This document shows, piece by piece, positions 21,945 through 31,531 of a DNA stretch of 64,000 nucleotides. Each line of letters begins with the position of its first letter. The first letter of the stretch is position 1. Origin of the DNA: a virus (taxonomy: Duplodnaviria > Caudoviricetes); the IMG/VR virus record IMGVR_UViG_3300010348_000820, positions 4,820 to 68,819 of that record. One strand, given 5' to 3'. Position numbers and translations under genes: made by a program. The notes under the pieces are model-generated. The model was not told the DNA's origin and did no database searches. It worked only from the letters and a program-made list of their open reading frames with translations.

Positions 21945-23753
21945 TTAAAGCCAACCGTTTTCGAAATTACTTTCTGATTTAGGGCTGTTAAGCCAAGGCA
22001 TAGCAACTCTATTAATACCATCAGAAGGTTTCTTGTCTTTAGTATAAGAAAATGCGACTGCTTTAACTTTATTTTTCCAAGCATCAATATTTTCTAAACT
22101 AAAATTCTTACTATCTTCTCTGTACTCTGCAATCTTATCTTTTGGCATAGTATCACTAACTTCAGAAAGTGTAGCTTCTATTTCGAAAGCAAATTGTTTT
22201 GCTTCAATATCAGCTTTAAACCCTTTCAGAACTTCGTTTTCAGCTAAATAAGCTTCTTTATCTTTTTCAGCCTTTTCTGACATTTCGCATAACTTCGCAT
22301 ATAGCATTGTAGAAAGTTTCTGAAAATCCATATTGCCAGAATCATTTCTTTCAACAAGATATTTATAATCTTCAGTTTCAGCTTCTAAGATTTTAAGCAT
22401 CGCTGCGACATCAAGGTTCCCGTCTAAAGACATTTTTTCTTCTTTGTCTTCTTCTTTATCTTCCTGCTCTTCTGTTTCTTCTTCTTCATCTTTTTCTTCT
22501 ATTTCTGGCACTTCTTCTTTTGGTTCTTCTTCGAAGTCTTCTGTTTCTTGAGCTTTATTTTCAGTGGAACATACTAAATCTTTGTTTAAAACTTCATCTT
22601 CTTTATCCACAAATATTTCCTCCTTATCAGAGTCATCAGTTTCGCTTTCTGACATATCCTCTTTATTTTTTACCCATCTATTATTTTCAATATGATGAGA
22701 TTTTTTGAACTGCGATTTAGCAATAGCATAGCCATTCTTTTCTTTACTAACTCCTATACTATCAGCAACTTTTGCTATCTGATTGACTTGGTCTAAAGTT
22801 AAAGGAACTCCGTCTATCTCTTTCATGTTTTTCGGAGCATCTTTTAAAGATGTATAAGGAAAAGTTATAATTTCACCTTCCGAAAAATAAGGAGATTTCC
22901 GATTGTCAATCTCATCTATAGATTCTTTAATTTTTTTCATCCAAACACGTCCTTCTTCTCCACCATAAAATTCAGAAGTAGCATCATCAGGAGTAGTCTT
23001 TTTATTAAAGAATTTAGCCATTAATCTGATTTTTTCTGGATTAATCTTTTCATTATTTATTAGAAATCTCGCTATTGAAAGGGAAGCGCTATTTGCATTA
23101 GTTCCATGTGATTTATAGGATTCCAGCGCTTTTTTCGCTTTATTCTTTACGCTTTTAGGAATAGTAAAATCAATATCACTATATTTATCTGAAAATTCTT
23201 TAGCGTATTCTTCTTCATACTCTTTCGCAAATTGTAAAACCGTTGCTCTCGCCATTGGAATAGCTGCTTTTACACGGCTACCAAGTATAGTAACTGCTTC
23301 AAATTTATAGTCAGTTAATTCTTCTGATCCGTCATCATTCTCTTTTGAATCCAGCACAGTTAATTCTACAGATACTGGCTTATCACCATCTCTTTTGAAA
23401 AAGTCTAGAAGCTTTCCAGAATATTTCTTCCACACGATTGAGAGCACAGATAGCATCGTTCGCCCATCCTCTAATTTTTTACTTATTATTTCTGAACTTT
23501 CAGGAATAACACCACAAGGAACTTCTTCTGGATCGTGAGTCCCTATATCGTCAGAAAAGCAATCATATTTCCAAACTACAGGACAATTCTTTATAGTATT
23601 AGAGGTTTTTTTAAGAGTTTCTTCGGATACATATAAATGATGCAAATTATCTCCAGAAGCAAAAAAATCTAACAATATGGTGCTAAATGAAGAATCAGGA
23701 TCTTCTTTTATAAGTTTCGCATCTTCTACAGTAAAACTTAATTTTTCATTCAC
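21945..23753 (-). CDS. Prohead protease/scaffold protein with inserted domains
   Basis: 602 aa; N-terminal protease-like region (HD, SVEL, EAVTILG), very acidic linker, coiled-coil scaffold C-terminus; between portal block and MCP. Confidence 0.7.
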   Translation of the reverse strand: MNEKLSFTVEDAKLIKEDPDSSFSTILLDFFASGDNLHHLYVSEETLKKTSNTIKNCPVVWKYDCFSDDIGTHDPEEVPCGVIPESSEIISKKLEDGRTMLSVLSIVWKKYSGKLLDFFKRDGDKPVSVELTVLDSKENDDGSEELTDYKFEAVTILGSRVKAAIPMARATVLQFAKEYEEEYAKEFSDKYSDIDFTIPKSVKNKAKKALESYKSHGTNANSASLSIARFLINNEKINPEKIRLMAKFFNKKTTPDDATSEFYGGEEGRVWMKKIKESIDEIDNRKSPYFSEGEIITFPYTSLKDAPKNMKEIDGVPLTLDQVNQIAKVADSIGVSKEKNGYAIAKSQFKKSHHIENNRWVKNKEDMSESETDDSDKEEIFVDKEDEVLNKDLVCSTENKAQETEDFEEEPKEEVPEIEEKDEEEETEEQEDKEEDKEEKMSLDGNLDVAAMLKILEAETEDYKYLVERNDSGNMDFQKLSTMLYAKLCEMSEKAEKDKEAYLAENEVLKGFKADIEAKQFAFEIEATLSEVSDTMPKDKIAEYREDSKNFSLENIDAWKNKVKAVAFSYTKDKKPSDGINRVAMPWLNSPKSESNFENGWL

Positions 23754-23804
23754 GCAATATTACCCCCTTTCTAAAAGATATAACAAGATATCTTTTAAAG
23801 TTTT

Positions 23805-24008
23805 CTATTTAATTCTATCAAATTTAATAGCCAATTTTACCCAAAAAGGGGATAAATTTAGAATTTCTTTAAATAGATCAGTGTCTGCAAAATAATAAGA
23901 ATTCCCTTTCCTCGAAAGTAAAGGGAGATTTCTTTCTAAAAAATATTTTGCAACTAATTTATTACATTCTATTTTATTGCTTATTTTTTCAGGATTTACT
24001 ATATACAT
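23805..24008 (-). CDS. Small hypothetical protein
   Basis: Likely start MYIVN at 24008 with upstream GGAG; YYFADT motif. Confidence 0.45.
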   Translation of the reverse strand: MYIVNPEKISNKIECNKLVAKYFLERNLPLLSRKGNSYYFADTDLFKEILNLSPFWVKLAIKFDRIK

Positions 24009-24009
24009 A

Positions 24010-24531
24010 TTAACTCCAATTAGAAACAATATCTGGGAGAATTATCATATCAGCAATATCATGATCAAATCTCATCCAGTCGTTGTTATACGCTTTCCCC
24101 TTATCAACCAATAAAATACATTGATTTGTAATATGTGATAGCATCTTAATAAATTTCAATAGAAAAGAAGCAGTAGTAATATCTTCATCCTCAATAGCTA
24201 AATTATAGGACTCATAGCATAATGATTCTAAATCCGTCATAAATTCCAATATCTTCTCAAAGAACTCTTGCGGACTTCTATAGTCTGTATCGTCTAAAGG
24301 CGTAAATCCATAAACTGTAAGGCAATTTCTTTCAGACTGATATTCTGAAACAAAATCAGCTATTTGTGGAAATAGATGCGCTAATTTTTCATGTAGAATA
24401 CCGCTCGTTTGATTCATTACGAATTTAACATCAAGTACGCTCATCGCTCTATCGCAAACCCTGTTTCCAATAAAGCATTTTGTCACAATATCATTCAGTT
24501 TTGAATTAATTCTATCTGTAATCAAAGGCAT
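24010..24531 (-). CDS. Ferritin-like four-helix-bundle protein
   Basis: 173 aa; FFEKILEFMTDLE...AIEDEDITTASFL resembles ferritin/Dps helices C-D. Confidence 0.55.
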   Translation of the reverse strand: MPLITDRINSKLNDIVTKCFIGNRVCDRAMSVLDVKFVMNQTSGILHEKLAHLFPQIADFVSEYQSERNCLTVYGFTPLDDTDYRSPQEFFEKILEFMTDLESLCYESYNLAIEDEDITTASFLLKFIKMLSHITNQCILLVDKGKAYNNDWMRFDHDIADMIILPDIVSNWS

Positions 24532-24567
24532 AATCTTCCTCCTTCCTCAGGAAGTAATTCAAGCTCA

Positions 24568-24966
24568 TTAGAACGCAATGTAGGTTACAACATCGCCTGA
24601 AGCTAAAGGTAAAGGAGAACCACTTACACCACTTTCAACAATAATAGTTCCAGCCACAGATCCAGAAGTCCATTTTGCATTAATAATTGGGCTGCCACTA
24701 CGTAAATCTTGGCCAATAAAGCCCGTTACTTTTGCTAAACCAGTAACTAAAATAACTTTACTTGCAGAAGCTTCGCCAGATGTTACAACATGACTTGCAG
24801 AAACAGTAGCATTAGACTGTAATGTTGCAATACTGGTAGCAAGTGTACCTGTAGAAGAAGAAGCACTTGTAATCAGGTCGGAAACTATAGTACCAAGTAA
24901 AACATCTTTCGATGCTCTATTCATTTTATTTAAATTCTTTTTTTGTGATGCACTAATACTCGTCAT
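24568..24966 (-). CDS. Ser/Ala/Gly-rich putative virion protein
   Basis: 132 aa with seven S[AG]S motifs; RBS GGAGG; head module. Confidence 0.55.
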   Translation of the reverse strand: MTSISASQKKNLNKMNRASKDVLLGTIVSDLITSASSSTGTLATSIATLQSNATVSASHVVTSGEASASKVILVTGLAKVTGFIGQDLRSGSPIINAKWTSGSVAGTIIVESGVSGSPLPLASGDVVTYIAF

Positions 24967-25066
24967 TATTTATTCCTCCATTTAATATGAAAAATCCTAA
25001 TACTCGGAGCCAAGAATTATTTATTCCCGTTAAGTATTAGGCTTATACTACAATATATTATTGTAG

Positions 25067-26689
25067 CTATTTATTTGCTTTTATTTTTGATACGTTAGAG
25101 CCTAAAGATCGTGTGCTTTCTCCGCTTTCAGACAATTCATCATCTGATTCTTCAGGTCTTCCCCTATTATCTTCAGAATTAGCACTTTGTTGAAAAGCTG
25201 AAACAATAGGCGTCAAATTATTTGTCCATCCATTAACGCGCGCTTCATCGAGTTGCCTCTGGAATGTAATCGGACTTTTCCCAATAGCAGTAGCTATAGA
25301 TTGAGGTAAAACTATACCCATTTGCGCCAGCTTCATTACATTATCAAGTCTACGCTGACGGTCTAAGTATATATTAGATCCTTCCAGTTTTATAGAAAAC
25401 TTATAATTCTTTGTTCTCTTATTGATTTGATATTCAAGGAACTCCTCAAAGTAAGGATAGATTTCCTGTGCCGATAATACATCTGAATCAGACGAAAGCA
25501 TAGTTTCAATCGTATTCATACGATGATCGCCACCAGAGTACAATAAATTTGTGTTGACACCAGATGTACCTAATGTATTTCTTGTCCAACTGGATTGTAT
25601 ATCATTGCTACCATTAAACTCTACTCCGCGAATAGAATTTAAAGGTGCTACCGCTACATTAACCGCTTCATCTATTGCCGATTTTAATAATTGCAAGAAA
25701 TGGCTTAATAGCTCTGGCGATATAGCTACAGAATCTTTTACGCTTGCTTTTGTATCCTTATTTAAATAAGGAACTTCTCCTGTCAATAATTTAACTGCTT
25801 GGCTTGCATAAGAATTCCTTTGCAATGCCCTAATGAAATTTTGATTAACTAAATCAGGAAATAGCCCAGCAAAATAAGGAACACGTGTCGCAATTGTCGG
25901 ATTTAACTTCCAAGACCAGAATCCATCAGCAGGACTACAATCTGCATAATACACCCAAGTATTGCTACTTCTGTAATCAATATCTATTGATGGATTATAA
26001 TCTGTAGAACTTTTAGTGATTATCTTATTATATGTTTCTTTAAATATCTTTGGATATAAATCTAAATCTATACCCTGTCTTAGAAAGAAGGAATAATCAA
26101 AGCTAAATAATAAACCATAATCCCATCGACCAGTAATAAGACAATAATCAGGAGGAAGTTGTTGTAATATATATTTCTCCCCTTCATCTCGCAATACACA
26201 AAAGTAAGAATCAGTTCTATAAAGCTCTTTAGTTACTCTAGCAAATTCACTTTTATGATCAAAGGAATCCATAAATTTAGACATTATATCTAAATCTTTT
26301 TTATATTTAGTTGATTTATAATTAGACTCATCTCCGATATTCATACAAGAATAAGTCCAATCCCAAGATAATAAATCTGACATATAGCCAAGTAATCGTC
26401 TATAAGGCGTACTACTAATTTCAAAAGATTCAGACATTGCAAGCAAAGTCTTTTCTGATTCTTTCGGATTTTCTAATGCTTTGGAAATACTATCCGAATT
26501 AACTTTTGTACCAGTAGATGATAAACTTATATCTTTTAAACGACTATTTAGCAAAACAGGGTTAAAAACGTTTGGATATAATCCTGTGCGTTCAGAAAGC
26601 CTTTTTGCATAATTCAAAGCAAATAATATTTCTTCTTCAGTCGATAGGACTCCTTCTTCTTGTATTTTAGTTGTTTTATTCTTTGCCAA
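25067..26689 (-). CDS. Portal protein
   Basis: 540 aa directly after terminase; TTG start with GAAAGGAGGT RBS; C-terminal GRPEES tail typical of portals. Confidence 0.8.
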   Translation of the reverse strand: MAKNKTTKIQEEGVLSTEEEILFALNYAKRLSERTGLYPNVFNPVLLNSRLKDISLSSTGTKVNSDSISKALENPKESEKTLLAMSESFEISSTPYRRLLGYMSDLLSWDWTYSCMNIGDESNYKSTKYKKDLDIMSKFMDSFDHKSEFARVTKELYRTDSYFCVLRDEGEKYILQQLPPDYCLITGRWDYGLLFSFDYSFFLRQGIDLDLYPKIFKETYNKIITKSSTDYNPSIDIDYRSSNTWVYYADCSPADGFWSWKLNPTIATRVPYFAGLFPDLVNQNFIRALQRNSYASQAVKLLTGEVPYLNKDTKASVKDSVAISPELLSHFLQLLKSAIDEAVNVAVAPLNSIRGVEFNGSNDIQSSWTRNTLGTSGVNTNLLYSGGDHRMNTIETMLSSDSDVLSAQEIYPYFEEFLEYQINKRTKNYKFSIKLEGSNIYLDRQRRLDNVMKLAQMGIVLPQSIATAIGKSPITFQRQLDEARVNGWTNNLTPIVSAFQQSANSEDNRGRPEESDDELSESGESTRSLGSNVSKIKANK

Positions 26690-26761
26690 TTATTTATACC
26701 TCCTTTCGCTGAAGGTCTACATAAAATTTACCTTTTATACACATTTAATTATCCTAATCTT

Positions 26762-28911
26762 TTACCATACTTTTGTTATACTAGATAAAAATTCAAGATC
26801 ACTCATACTATTATCTTCTGTTTCTTTCAGTAATTCTTGATCAAAGAAAGATAATACCCAGTTGCAATAAGAAATTGTAGAATATCTATCTTTATAGCAT
26901 CCTGATTTTTCAGTCAATTTAACTCTACCATTAATCAAGCTCATATCAAGATTAATACATTCGCCAATCATAAGCCCAGTGTTTATATATGGATTAAGAA
27001 AGAAAGCTGTCAGTTCAGAATCATTAACGTTGTTTGTAAATTCTTTTACATTCTTAATTAAAAATTCTTCTGCTTCGCCATCTGAAATTAGAAAACTCCA
27101 TAATTTCTTTTGTAATGAAATCCTAAAAGCACTTGCCATTTGACTATTTAATTCCAAAGTTGCCGATATAGGAAAAATAACTTCCATAGGGTTCAAACTT
27201 CGGGTATGGTCTTTCCTTAATTCATACTTTTTGTCCTGATTAATAAATGTAAATTCATCTCCAACTACGCCCAATGCCGGATGTGTAATTCCTCTGTCTT
27301 CACACAAAGTAGGTTCTGTTAATGAATCAAAAACGCCTCAATTTTGTTGTCTATATAGTTTTTTATCTATATATTCTAATAATTTTATTCTTATTAGTTC
27401 GGCGTAAATCTTTATCTTTTTTGTAAAAATTGGTAGTTATATATTTATTTTTTAACATATCAACTCCTTTAAAAAAGATATCGCGGCCTCTTGCTATCAT
27501 TATATTCTCTGTTAGAGTTTCAGATAGTACGCTCTGCCCCTGAATAAACAATTTAGATTATTCTTCGGTTCGGATTGGCATCTCAGCTTTCCCGTTTAAT
27601 TCCGCAATTTATTACCTCAAAGTCACCAATGAGGAGGACAATTTAATTTATCCCAGCGTTTTGTACATCAAGTACAATATAATCAGCATTAAAATCAAAG
27701 AATATATCCTTTATCCTTCTTGCTTGCACTCCAACATCCCTACCTTTAAATGATTCGATGTAAACAAGATGACGCTCATATCCCTTGTTTAAAAGAGGGA
27801 TAGCGCGAATGCATAAGATAATACTGTTATCATTTGCTTTATTTGTTCTTGTAGCAATATCTGCCGCAACAAATCGAATTTCACCATCAACCTTTTTTAA
27901 ATCATATGGATTTTTCTTTAAATCATAATTATCATCTTTTTGAGGATAAAACGCTCTTTTCAACTTTCTTGGAAATAAACTTGGTTTGAAATAACTTTTA
28001 CCGCTTGATCCACTTGGAATATTCAAATATTCCATTTGTATAGAAACTTCATCCATGTCTCCCATTTCGTTTCTGATCATAGATTCTGTCTTTATATTGT
28101 GGTATAATGTTATCAAATAGTCAAACGCTAAAAAGTTGGCTGTTTCATCCCCCATAACCATTCTTTTTATGCAAGATTTTACATAAGTATACCAATATTC
28201 TGCACTATACCATGCTGAAGTTATATAAGAAATTCGGCCTTCTTCTTTTAATTCAGGAATATTTTCATATATTGGATTTAATCTATAAGGAGGCGTTCTA
28301 ACTTCCAAAAAAGGCTTTATAACTTGTTCCAATATTTGCTTTGGCACTAATCGAGATTCCTCTATTAATATATAATTAGCGCGAGCACCTCTTGCACTAT
28401 CAGAACTCGGCAATGTTCTTATTGTGCTGCCATTATGGAATGTCGCAACATTCTCATTTGTATTAGTTACAATATCCTCTATCTCTCGTGCAACATTAGG
28501 ATATGTAGTTCTTAATGCAGACAATTTATCACTAAGAATTAAAGCACCTTGTTTTATTGTTTTCGAACAAGCTATAACCTTAATTCCAGGATATAAAACT
28601 GCTAATGTAAGAGTCCATACCGCTATGATCCAAGTTTTAGCAGCTGCCCGACTTGCTACAATATAAGCTAAATTACTTTTTTGTAATGCGTATATTATTA
28701 ATATTTGATAAGGATGTAATTTTATGCCAAAATAAAATTCAATAAAACGATGTGGATTCCTTCTAAAAAAAGTAATCCATCTTTTATATCGTTCTCGCCT
28801 TTCATCTTCTATAGTCTTACTTCTAACCATAGAAATAGGCTGAACGAATAAGTTTTTTGAATTCATATTCTTGCGTTCTTGATTTTTATAAGGTCTGGGT
28901 GAAGTTGCCAT
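26762..28911 (-). CDS. Terminase large subunit, two exons (28911-27650 and 27338-26762), 612 aa after splicing
   Basis: Exon 1 has ASRAAAKT Walker A variant and ILIEES Walker B; joining restores nuclease motif LDVQNAGI|GVFDSL; combined length 1839 nt is in frame. Confidence 0.85.
27339..27649 (-). ncRNA. Group I intron (subgroup IA-like) in terminase gene
   Basis: 5' exon ends in U, intron ends in G; P1 GGGAU/GUCCU with U.G; P2 CCUCA..UGAGG with GUGA loop; P3 UUGCGG/CCGCGA; P7 GCGUA/UACGC; P8 UAUCUUUUUU/AAAAAAGAUA; P9 hairpins. Confidence 0.85.
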
Positions 28912-28913
28912 AA

Positions 28914-29930
28914 TTAAACCTCTTCGTTTTCCGTTCCTATTTGACCAAAATCAGGAATTCCTTCGCTTTCATTATCCTCATCTTCTATACTTAAGTCATC
29001 ATCTCCAACATCAGTTTCTACATTAAAATCTCTACTTTGTGTTACAAAATTCTTTAAAGGTCTGGTTACATACTTTTTGAAATAGCTCCCTATATTATCA
29101 AAATCTTTAAATAGTTCTTTATCTTTAAAGTAATCAGCAGGTTCTGTTTCTTCTATAATTTTTATTATATTAGAAAAAGTTTCTTGCGCTTTACCAGAAT
29201 TAGCAACAGATGTTTTAGCAGGATCTAAACTAGCCGTTTTCATTAGTTCTTGGAGTTCCTTTATAACTGATGCAGAAGCTCTGCCATCGTTTGCTTTTCT
29301 TTGCTTTCTAATCTCAAGCATCTTGTGGCATATTTCCTTTAATAAAGTTTCTTCTGCTTTCGTATCACATTTATGAGTTTTTTTCCAATCAGCTATTTCT
29401 CTTTCCAAAAACAAATAGTCCTCATAAGCGAGATTTTCTCCCCAATATTGCTTTAAATCACGGGCATCTTCAATATTATTTACGTCTACTTGACTTTCTA
29501 CATAGATTGATGGCTCTTTGAATGTAAAAGCACCATTTTTTAAATTGGTTTCAAAATCTCCACCACCTATAGTTGCAAGTTTAGCTTTATAAATGCTAAA
29601 GATATTCTCTGATCCTTTACCTTTTTCGTATATCTTCTTAAGTCTATCTAAAGTTTGCTCTACTAAAACTTCACTATAGCACACATTTAATTTTCTGCAT
29701 GTTCTAAGTATAGCCCTTGCTACATCGCTTTCTTCCTTATAATAATTATCATATATCTCTTGGCAACAATCTTTACAAATAGAAAAATATCCATTTGCAT
29801 CTAATTCTAAGTCTGTTGCTGTAAAGAAATCAGAATATTTTTTTGTAGTCATGCACCTTCGACAATAAATAGTATTGACCTCAATGCCTGTCTTGCTAAT
29901 ATTCTTTTTAACTTTTTTTTTACTTATCAT
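28914..29930 (-). CDS. Putative terminase small subunit (SPbeta YonG-like)
   Basis: 338 aa, N-terminal CRRC/CKDC zinc motif, immediately upstream of large terminase. Confidence 0.55.
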   Translation of the reverse strand: MISKKKVKKNISKTGIEVNTIYCRRCMTTKKYSDFFTATDLELDANGYFSICKDCCQEIYDNYYKEESDVARAILRTCRKLNVCYSEVLVEQTLDRLKKIYEKGKGSENIFSIYKAKLATIGGGDFETNLKNGAFTFKEPSIYVESQVDVNNIEDARDLKQYWGENLAYEDYLFLEREIADWKKTHKCDTKAEETLLKEICHKMLEIRKQRKANDGRASASVIKELQELMKTASLDPAKTSVANSGKAQETFSNIIKIIEETEPADYFKDKELFKDFDNIGSYFKKYVTRPLKNFVTQSRDFNVETDVGDDDLSIEDEDNESEGIPDFGQIGTENEEV

Positions 29931-29983
29931 CTACGCTCCAAAACGGATATAACCGTTCATTTAATTACCTTGAATTTTAGATA

Positions 29984-30787
29984 TTAATATAAATACGTAA
30001 ATATTTTACTAATCTCCGATCTTACATTGTCTTCTTCACTGTCAAATACGACAATACCCACATTTTCATTTCCTGCTAAATTATTTATAGCTCTTTTTAA
30101 ACCACTATATTTTTTATATTTATCTTGAGTAATTTGATCGTAATCTCCGACAAAACATATTGTACTATTAGCCGAAGTTCTTTGCCCTATCATAGCGAAT
30201 TGTTCTTCTGTGAGATCCTCACATTCATCCACAAGTATCCAAGCATTTTTTATATCTCTGCCTTTTAAATATTCTGGAGAATCAACTTCGACCATATTTC
30301 TAAATATTAACTCATCAATAGTATATTGAGTATCGTTATTGTCTTCAAAAAAACCAAGCCATCCCCTGATTTTGCTCATCTTATCGCCAGGAAGGTATCC
30401 ATTCTTTTCTCCAACACTGACATTATGCCTTATTACAAAAAATTTTTCATATATGCCTTTGTTTAAAAAATACATACCAAACATCATAGACATGCGACTT
30501 TTACCGCTGCCTGCCTTGCCCGCTATTAATTTGATGCCCACATTAGGATTAGCTAATAAATCAAATGCAAATTCTTGCTTTATTGTTTTTGGCTTGAAGT
30601 CTTTAAATTTAGTATATATGAGTTTAACGAACTTATGCCCATCCCATCGACCTTTATCTATTACATCATCATCTTTATTTTTTATAATTAAATATTGATT
30701 AGTTAATAAATTAAAAACATTATTACCTTCATAGAAAGAAGCTAAAGTTTCGTCATCAGGTTGAACTTCCATATAGCCATTATACAA
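29984..30787 (-). CDS. phoH: PhoH-family ATPase
   Basis: GKAGSGKS Walker A, YLPG, ILVDECEDLT, FVGDYDQ motifs. Confidence 0.9.
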   Translation of the reverse strand: MYNGYMEVQPDDETLASFYEGNNVFNLLTNQYLIIKNKDDDVIDKGRWDGHKFVKLIYTKFKDFKPKTIKQEFAFDLLANPNVGIKLIAGKAGSGKSRMSMMFGMYFLNKGIYEKFFVIRHNVSVGEKNGYLPGDKMSKIRGWLGFFEDNNDTQYTIDELIFRNMVEVDSPEYLKGRDIKNAWILVDECEDLTEEQFAMIGQRTSANSTICFVGDYDQITQDKYKKYSGLKRAINNLAGNENVGIVVFDSEEDNVRSEISKIFTYLY

Positions 30788-30892
30788 TTATAAACCTCCG
30801 TTTAAAAAGTTCCTAAATATAACTTAATAAAACTACGATTTTATATAAATAAAAAGAGACCCTTCATCACAGAGTCTCTTTTATCACGGCAT

Positions 30893-31531
30893 TCACACAT
30901 ATTCTATTTTTTTATCAGATTTCTCAAATACCCAGAAATAACTATGATATTTTCTTGCATTTTTCTGATTCTCTTTTTGCCAATCTGCAACAATTCTATT
31001 TTTCGCAAGCAAAATAAATAAATCTTTAGGATAAAATCCTAATTTGCAAGCCTCATTCATAATAAACACGTGGCTCATATATTGTTTTCCACTACTTACT
31101 TTATCTTGGCATTTGAATATAAGAATTCCTTTTGGCTTTAATATTCTATACGATTCTTTTAAACTATCAATATAAAATTGATGTAATTCCTTTTCATTTT
31201 TATAAACCCCAAATCTTTTATTTATAATATTACTATTATCATTTTTATATAAAGATTTTCCAGTAGTTGCTAAAAATGGGGGATCAAACATTTCACAATT
31301 TATAGATTCGTTATCTAATGGCAAGTTTCTGCTGTCACCATATTCTACATCCTCAATAGGATTTATATCAAAAATATATTTAGGAATATTTATTCCTGTA
31401 TTTTTATAAAAATTACCATAGCTAAAAGTAGGATCGCAATCTATTGTTGTATTTACAACATGCAATTCTAAAATATTTTTAATTATTTCAGATTGGTCGT
31501 ATGAGATAGATTTTATCACAGCCTTATCCAA
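30893..31531 (-). CDS. Amino-methyltransferase (N6A/N4C DNA methylase-like)
   Basis: DCDPTFSYGNFY SAM-binding-like motif and FDPPF catalytic motif; IFKCQD. Confidence 0.75.
   Translation of the reverse strand: MDKAVIKSISYDQSEIIKNILELHVVNTTIDCDPTFSYGNFYKNTGINIPKYIFDINPIEDVEYGDSRNLPLDNESINCEMFDPPFLATTGKSLYKNDNSNIINKRFGVYKNEKELHQFYIDSLKESYRILKPKGILIFKCQDKVSSGKQYMSHVFIMNEACKLGFYPKDLFILLAKNRIVADWQKENQKNARKYHSYFWVFEKSDKKIEYV

Noticed and set aside
26762-27307. 181 aa ORF as an independent gene
   Set aside because: It is exon 2 of the terminase; upstream in-frame codons GVFDSLTEPT complete the nuclease motif after splicing.
27363-27551. 62 aa intron-internal ORF as a functional homing endonuclease
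   Set aside because: Too short, no HNH/GIY-YIG/LAGLIDADG motif, and it overlaps intron core helices; treated as a relic.
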